A stretch of 64,000 bases of DNA, taken from Macrostomum hystrix. Taxonomy: Eukaryota > Animalia > Platyhelminthes. Under the pieces are notes generated by a model that was not told where the DNA came from, did not search any database, and worked only from the letters and a program-made list of their open reading frames with translations. Both the position numbers and the translations under genes were made by a program. Below are positions 56,930-64,000 of the stretch, one piece after another; within the stretch, counting starts at the first letter, position 1; every line of letters begins with the position of its first letter. The stretch covers positions 26,102,001 to 26,166,000 of the forward strand of contig CATNEN010000038.1 in assembly GCA_950097015.1 (NCBI GenBank), in the 5' to 3' direction.

Positions 56930-57860
56930 TAATGACCTGACTTTCAAAACCGTCCGAGTCAGCATCGTCGAGATATTCAGCAGTTCTTGTTGAAGACGCT
57001 GGTGACAATGACAAGCAACAAATTGCTGTGTCTAAGCCCCTATGGCGAATCGATTTTGGTTCAATAAAAAAAATTAACATGGTTACATGATTGTGATTTG
57101 TGAGCCAAAAAATCTGTTTGGTTGGTTGAATACTTTAGGAGATACAGTAAAAAGTGGGTATTAGAAATACCCCCGTTATCTTTCCATTGCTGATGAAAAT
57201 ATCTTGCGAAAGCTTTTCGATAGTAACTACTTAAAGTAGCAATTTAGCAGATTCAAAAGGTGTTAATAAAAAAGAGACAACTGTACGTTGTCGAGAGATA
57301 AATTTAGCTTTAATGGCACAAAAACTGACTACCAATGAGCGCAAAATCGAGATTAGCAGAATATTTAGACCAAACCGAGTACTTGGTAGTCCCCGCTGGA
57401 TTTGGGAAGCCTCCGCCATAGATTTGTGGGACTGTGACCTTGGATTTGGAAGGTCAAATCCTCATTTTATTGAATTTATAGTAGTTTTGATTAGTTACAG
57501 GCTGACAGAAGCAGAGCGGTCTCCAACCAATCATGAATCTCGATTTCAAACTAACAAGAGCCAGCAAATCAGACTCACAGAGGGACAGATGAGGTACGGA
57601 AGCAGACAGGTCTACAGCGGGCAGATAAATATCTGACAAGATCTGCTCGCTCGTTCGCTCGCTCGATCCGATCGTTCAGTGGCATAGCGAGTTGAAAAGT
57701 ATTATTTTTCTTGTTCGAATACCGCTTTAGGTGAAATAGATTTGGACGCTAATTTAACAAATTGAGGTAACAATAATTGCTAACTGTTCTGATTTTCGAG
57801 ATTGTCTGCATTTTTAACTAAAAAAACGACAAATATTCACTTTTTAGACAGACAGAAGCC

Positions 57861-59111
57861 ATGACGACGGCAGAGCGTCAGCTTTCTGTGGCCCTCATGT
57901 TGGTCACTGTTATGCTACTTGGCATAGTGTCCGCTGTGTCAAGCCAACCAGCCGATGTTGACGAAAGTGACAACCGACTGACACTTTCGCAACGCCACAG
58001 GCCGATAACCGCTGCCCAACTGCAGAAAAACCTGAGTGAGGAAAAGCGTTCTCCGTTCTGGAAGAAACGCGCTCCGTTCTGGAAGAAACGCGCTCCGTTC
58101 TGGAAGAAACGCGCTCCGTTCTGGAAGAAACGCTCTCCATTCTGGAAGAAACGCTCTCCATTCTGGAAGAAACGCGCTCCGTTCTGGAAGAAACGCTCTC
58201 CATTCTGGAAGAAACGCTCTCCATTCTGGAAGAAACGCTCTCCGTTCTGGAAGAAACGCTCACCGTTCTGGAAGAAACGCTCACCGTTCTGGAAGAAACG
58301 CTCTCTGTTCTGGAAGAAACGCTCTCCGTTCTGGAAGAAACGCGCTCCGTTCTGGAAGAAACGCTCTCCATTCTGGAAGAAACGCGCTCCGTTCTGGAAG
58401 AAACGCGCTCCGTTCTGGAAGAAACGCTCTCCATTCTGGAAGAAACGCTCTCCATTCTGGAAGAAACGCGCTCCGTTCTGGAAGAAACGCTCTCCATTCT
58501 GGAAGAAACGCTCTCCGTTCTGGAAGAAACGCTCACCGTTCTGGAAGAAACGCTCACCGTTCTGGAAGAAACGCTCTCTGTTCTGGAAGAAACGCTCTCC
58601 GTTCTGGAAGAAACGCGCTCCGTTCTGGAAGAAACGCTCTCCATTCTGGAAGAAACGCTCTCCGTTCTGGAAGAAACGCTCACCGTTCTGGAAGAAACGC
58701 TCACCGTTCTGGAAGAAACGCTCTCTGTTCTGGAAGAAACGCTCTCCGTTCTGGAAGAAACGCGCTCCGTTCTGGAAGAAACGCTCTCCATTCTGGAAGA
58801 AACGCGCTCCGTTCTGGAAGAAACGCGCTCCGTTCTGGAAGAAACGCTCTCCATTCTGGAAGAAACGCTCTCCATTCTGGAAGAAACGCGCTCCGTTCTG
58901 GAAGAAACGCTCTCCATTCTGGAAGAAACGCTCTCCGTTCTGGAAGAAACGCTCACCGTTCTGGAAGAAACGCTCACCGTTCTGGAAGAAACGCTCTCTG
59001 TTCTGGAAGAAACGCTCTCCGTTCTGGAAGAAACGCGCTCCGTTCTGGAAGAAACGCTCTCCATTCTGGAAGAAACGCGCTCCGTTCTGGAAGAAACGCT
59101 CTCCGTTCTGA
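57861..59111 (+). CDS. Secreted repetitive prepropeptide (neuropeptide-precursor-like): signal peptide, spacer, KR, 50 x [S/A][P/L]FWKKR, SPF
   Basis: GCCATG start just after an acceptor (ttttttag). Hydrophobic N-terminus LSVALMLVTVMLLGIVSA. 31 SPFW, 15 APFW and 4 SLFW units are separated by KKR, with no indels across 1.05 kb. Confidence 0.85.
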   Translation: MTTAERQLSVALMLVTVMLLGIVSAVSSQPADVDESDNRLTLSQRHRPITAAQLQKNLSEEKRSPFWKKRAPFWKKRAPFWKKRAPFWKKRSPFWKKRSPFWKKRAPFWKKRSPFWKKRSPFWKKRSPFWKKRSPFWKKRSPFWKKRSLFWKKRSPFWKKRAPFWKKRSPFWKKRAPFWKKRAPFWKKRSPFWKKRSPFWKKRAPFWKKRSPFWKKRSPFWKKRSPFWKKRSPFWKKRSLFWKKRSPFWKKRAPFWKKRSPFWKKRSPFWKKRSPFWKKRSPFWKKRSLFWKKRSPFWKKRAPFWKKRSPFWKKRAPFWKKRAPFWKKRSPFWKKRSPFWKKRAPFWKKRSPFWKKRSPFWKKRSPFWKKRSPFWKKRSLFWKKRSPFWKKRAPFWKKRSPFWKKRAPFWKKRSPF

Positions 59112-59899
59112 AAGCGTGGTTTCCAGTAGAACACCAGCATCGGTGATAATGACGTCGGTCCATACGACGTGAACTTAAACGCAAAGTTTAATCAAATATT
59201 CGAATCTGTCATGAGTTTGATGAAACAAATTAACTTTACACCTCTAAATATACAAGAAGTATTTAATTATTGTTTGTGATTTCAAATGCAAGTCCAGTAA
59301 AATGATTAACTCAGTCGAAATGGTTGTACGAGGGTTCTAGTTGTTTCGTCTACCTTCTTTTTGATTCACACTACCTCAGTTGCCGACTTAAGGGTGTGGA
59401 TAATTAATATAATCCAATTATAAATTTAAAGCTCGTATCTATATATTTATCGATGGCTTCCTCGACCGATAACATTGCTATGAGAATATAAAACTGACAA
59501 GATCGAAAAAGAGATGGCGGTAGGAGATAGAGATAGACCAGTAAACTATCGAATGCGCGCCCACATCTCATTAGGTCTGCAGACAATTATTTAGCACGGA
59601 CTGTCGGGTTGTCACGGGGCACCTCCCTCATATTCTCGAGCGAGCGAGCGAGCGAGCGCCAAATGTTGCAGATTTTTGTCCCCGAGGGCTCTGCGAATAG
59701 GAAATAGAGCAACAATTTCTGTTTGAGTAGAGCAGCTCAATGCTAATAAGGCCAACCAATAGTCAACTCTCAATTTGTCATATTCTGTTATGCTCCTGAT
59801 GCTATTTTGTGTTAGACTGTCTGTTTCTTTGTCAAACCTTCTGCGTATGCCTGCCTAGGGCAGGAATATTCTTCTTTGAATCTAAGTTACTTAAGATAT

Positions 59900-61480
59900 G
59901 TACATACTGTCACTCAACAATACTTACTGTCACTCTACAATACTTACTATCACTCTACAATACTTACTGTCACTCTACAGTACTTACTGTCACTCTACAA
60001 TACTTACTGTCACTCTACAATACTTACTGTCACTCTACAATACTTACTGTCACTCTACAATACTTAAGTCACTCTACAACAATACTTACTGTCACTCTAC
60101 AATACTTAAGTCACTCTACAATACTTACTGTCACTCTACAATACTTAAGTCACTCTACAATACTTACTGTCACTCTACAAAACTTACTGTCACTCTAGAC
60201 CACTTACTTTCACTCTAGACCACTTACTGTAACTTATTGTAACTCTAGAGTACTTACTCTCACTCTAGAGTACTTACTCTCACTCTAGAGTACTTACTCT
60301 CACTCTAGAGTACTTACTCTCACTCTAGAGTACTTACTATCACTCTGGAGTACTTACTATCACTCTAGAGTACTTACTCTCACTCTAGAGTACTTACTAT
60401 CACTCTGGAGTACTTACTCTCACTCTGGAGTACTTACTATCACTCTGGAGTACTTACTATCACTCTAGAGTACTTACTATCACTCTAGAGTACTTACTCT
60501 CACTCTAGAGTACTTACTCTCACTCTAGAGTACTTACTCTCACTCTAGAGTACTTACTCTCACTCTGGAGTACTTACTATCACTCTGGAGTACTTACTAT
60601 CACTCTGGAGTACTTACTCTCACTCTAGAGTACTTACTCTCACTCTAGAGTACTTACTATCACTCTGGAGTACTTACTATCACTCTAGAGTACTTACTAT
60701 CACTCTGGAGTACTTACTCTCACTCTGGAGTACTTACTCTCACTCTGGAGTACTTACTATCACTCTGGAGTACTTACTATCACTCTGGAGTACTTACTAT
60801 CACTCTGGAGTACTTACTATCACTCTAGAGTACTTACTATCACTCTGGAGTACGCACTATCACTCTAGAGTACTTACTATCACTCTGGAGTACTTACTAT
60901 CACTCTAAAGTACTTACTATCACTCTGGAGTACGTACTATCACTCTGGAGTACTTACTCTCACTCTGGAGTACGTACTATCACTCTGGAGTACTTACTCT
61001 CACTCTGGAGTACGTACTATCACTCTAAAGTACTTACTATCACTCTGGAGTACTTACTCTCACTCTGGAGTACTTAATATCACTCTGGAGTACTTACTAT
61101 CACTCTGGAGTACTTACTATCACTCTGGAGTACTTACTATCACTCTAGAGTACTTACTATCACTCTGGAGTACTTACTATCACTCTGGAGTACTTAATAT
61201 CACTCTAGAGTACTTACTATCACTCTGGAGTACTTACTATCACTCTGGAGTACTTACTATCACTCTGGAGTACTTAATATCACTCTAGAGTACCTACTAT
61301 CACTCTAAAGTACTTACTATCACTCTAGAGTACTTACTATCACTCTGGAGTACTTACTATCACTCTGGAGTACTTAATATCACTCTAGAGTACTTAATAT
61401 CACTCTAGAGTACTTACTATCACTCTGGAGTACTTACTATCACTCTGGAGTAATCACCGTCACTCAAGAACACTTACTGA
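59900..61480. repeat. 20-bp minisatellite grading from TACTTACTGTCACTCTACAA to TACTTACTATCACTCTGGAG
   Basis: Directly visible. Confidence 0.96.
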
Positions 61481-61737
61481 AACTTTAATCGAAGGCAATT
61501 TACATATATTAGGCGTACTTTCATAGAGTATAATTAGCTTTATACTTTTAAAGAAATATTGGTTCGTCATTTTTTATCACAATATATTTTTCGCTTTAAC
61601 ATAGCTTGTACATTACAGAGACCAAATAGAGTGATTATTTAAGTGTTTAAAACGAAAATTGAGAAACAAAGAATGGCTGAAATATGCCTGTTAAAAGGAA
61701 ACAGAAATTGTTATAATCTGTGCCAATTCAAACGTTC

Positions 61738-62061
61738 TCAAATCTCTGAGAAGTGCACCTTCAATGCGTTCAACATATCCTTTGAGTCCGAATGATTCGG
61801 AAAGAATTGCTGAGCTCGATTGACCGACTGGTAGGCCGTTTGAAGATCGCCCATTCTCTCAGCCATGATGGCCACATTGTAGTGCGGCTCGAACATGGAC
61901 GGACAAAGCGTGCTAGCGGCCTGAAAGAACGACCGGGCCATCTCCAGATTGTTTCGGCGCAGTTCCAGCACACCGAGGTTGTTGTAGGCCTCGGCGTGGT
62001 CATTGTTGTAGGACAGCGCCAGACGGAACGCCTGGTAGGACAGGCTGAGGTCACCAACGGC
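61738..62061 (-). CDS. TTC8: TTC8/BBS8 (BBSome TPR subunit), terminal exon; rest of gene lies beyond the window
   Basis: AVGDLSLSYQAFRLALSYNNDHAEAYNNLGVLE...MFEPHYN...GDLQTAY...FPNHSDS matches the BBS8 C-terminal TPRs. The acceptor ctctcag lies at 62062-62068 on the minus strand. Confidence 0.92.
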   Translation of the reverse strand, partial: AVGDLSLSYQAFRLALSYNNDHAEAYNNLGVLELRRNNLEMARSFFQAASTLCPSMFEPHYNVAIMAERMGDLQTAYQSVNRAQQFFPNHSDSKDMLNALKVHFSEI

Positions 62062-62099
62062 CTGAGAGGAACGCGTGCGGTTTGAAAAGGTTTCAAAGG

Positions 62100-62790
62100 C
62101 ATCTCTCCCGTGTCTCACCTCTCCCGTGTCTCATCTCTCCCGTGTCTCATCTCTCCTGTGTCTCATCTCTCTCAGTGTCTCATCTCTCCCCGTGTCTCAT
62201 CTCTCCCGTGTCTCATCTCTCCCGCGTCTCATCTCTCCCGTGTCTCATCTCTCCCGTGTCTCATCTCTCCCGTGTCTCATCTCTCCCGTGTCTCATCTCT
62301 CCCGTGTCTCATCTCTCCCGTGTCTCATCTCTCCCGTGTCTCACCTCTCCCGTGTCTCATCTCTCCCGTGTCTCATCTCTCCCGTGTCTCATCTCTCCCG
62401 TGTGTCATCTCTCCCGTGTCTCATCTCTCCTGTGTCTCATCTCTCCTGTGTCTCATCTCTCCTGTGTCTCATCTCTCCCGTGTGTCATCTCTCCCGTGTC
62501 TCATCTCTCCCGTGTCTCATCTCTCCCGTGTCTCATCTCTCCCATGTCTCATCTCTCCCGTGTCTCATCTCTCCCATGTCTCATCTCTCCCGTGTCTCAT
62601 CTCTAGCGTGTCTCATCTCTCCCGTGTCTCATCTCTCCCGTGTCTCATCTCTCCCGTGTCTCATCTCTCCCGTGTCTCATCTCTCCCGTGTCTCATCTCT
62701 CCTTTGTCTCATCTCTCCCGTGTCTCACCTCTCCCGTGTCTCACCTCTCCCGTGTCTCACCTCTCCCGTGTCTCATCTCTCCCGTGTCTT
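62100..62790 (+). repeat. 16-bp minisatellite (GTGTCTCATCTCTCCC) in TTC8 intron
   Basis: Directly visible. Confidence 0.96.
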
Positions 62791-63494
62791 AACTCTCTTG
62801 TGTTTCTCTACCGTATTCAATCTCTTGTCATTCGTATACGTTAGTCATACATGCATCACATACTAAAAGCAGTTATTTAATCTCTTTTTCAGCATTTCTG
62901 TGTCTGCATTACCTAATTAATTGTCTTTTTCTAATGCTTTTTTCCAAATCATTTGTTCTTCATCTGGTAATCAAATGCTGCTGTAAATATTGGCCCTTTT
63001 CCTATTGAAGTTGAGGCCCAATTTTCTTTAAACTCGATACAAACAGGTGGTTCAGCTTGTCTGCTAGGAGTCTACGTCATGCCTACTCAGCCACTGAACT
63101 GATGATGTCAAAGCAGTTTAAGATATCGGACACGCTGCAGCTTGCAACAGGGTGTACTTTAGCTGCTGTACTAGCAGGAAAAAGTGATAATTTTCTGTAT
63201 CTTTTTCAGGTCTTCTTTTAGAAAAAACGTTTCGATTGTAGATGATAGAATCAAAACAGCTACACACGATCACACGACCTGGGATATAACTTTTCCAGAA
63301 ATATTAGGATTTTTAAGCGATTTTTGTGATTCTGAGAGTAAGAATACAGAATGTAATTCTTGGCAGCTGCACAGGTGCGAGTTGGTACAGCAAATAATTT
63401 CAATTCACAAAGAATCTGATAGAAATACACAGATTGAATCAGTTGTTTATCTTACAACTTACGCCTTATATTATTAAACCCACACTACTAGGGA

Positions 63495-63965
63495 AAATAA
63501 ACTCTCACCCCTTATCGATAATAAACTCTCACCCCTTATCGATAATAAACTCTCACCCCTTATCGATAATAAACTCTCACCCCTTATCCATAATAAACTC
63601 TCACCCCTTATCGACAATAAACTCTCACCCCTTATCGATAATAAACTCTCACCCCTTATCGATAACAAAGTCTAACCCCTTATCGATAATAAAGTCTCAC
63701 CCCTTATCGATAATAAACTCTCAGCCCTTATCGATAATTAACTCTCACCCCTTATCAATAATAAACTCTCACCCCTTATCGATAATAAACTCTCACCCCT
63801 TATCGATAATAAACTCTCACCCCTTATCGATAATAAACTCTCACCCCTTATCGATAATAAACTCTAACCCCTTATCGATAATAAACTCTAACCCCTTATC
63901 GATAATAAACTCTAACCCCTTATCGATAATAAAGTCTCACCCCTTTATCAAGGATAAACTCCCCT
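63495..63965. repeat. 24-bp minisatellite (ATAAACTCTCACCCCTTATCGATA)
   Basis: Directly visible. Confidence 0.95.
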
Positions 63966-64000
63966 ATAATCTTATCTTTCTAACAGCAGTTAAAAAATAG

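Noticed and set aside
57185-57230. CTGATGA...GAAA hammerhead-like core (also CTGATGA at 12159)
   Set aside because: No convincing stems I-III could be paired by eye.
57878-59184. Antisense ORFs (FFQNGER)n and (VSSRTES)n and the alternative plus frame
   Set aside because: Shadows of the 21-bp coding unit; only the PFWKKR frame has an ATG, signal peptide and synonymous-biased variation.

Overview
Eukaryotic (metazoan) genomic DNA: intron-rich, standard nuclear code, roughly half tandem repeat. The dense 16-36 bp minisatellites and compact GC-rich exons suggest a flatworm such as Macrostomum (inference only, not verified). Genes reconstructed by hand with phase-consistent GT-AG introns: GOLPH3 (3' part), a small spliced ORF with an internal TAG, a two-domain cyclic-nucleotide-binding protein (CNBD1/2-like), a 12-exon CCDC158-like coiled-coil gene, a 5-exon low-complexity orphan, the bHLH factor PTF1a/Fer1, an intronless thioredoxin-fold protein (CQIC), a secreted polyprotein of 50 x [S/A][P/L]FWKKR, and the last exon of TTC8/BBS8. 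Mobile DNA comprises three tRNA-derived SINE families (one copy with a perfect 14-bp TSD), a LINE 3' remnant and a dispersed inverted-repeat element. The most striking item is the PFWKKR polyprotein, which looks like a precursor of non-amidated tetrapeptides and whose stop codon sits exactly at a Trp position. Second is the pattern of almost every intron carrying its own distinct minisatellite, often abutting splice sites. Most long ORFs in the supplied track are repeat artefacts.
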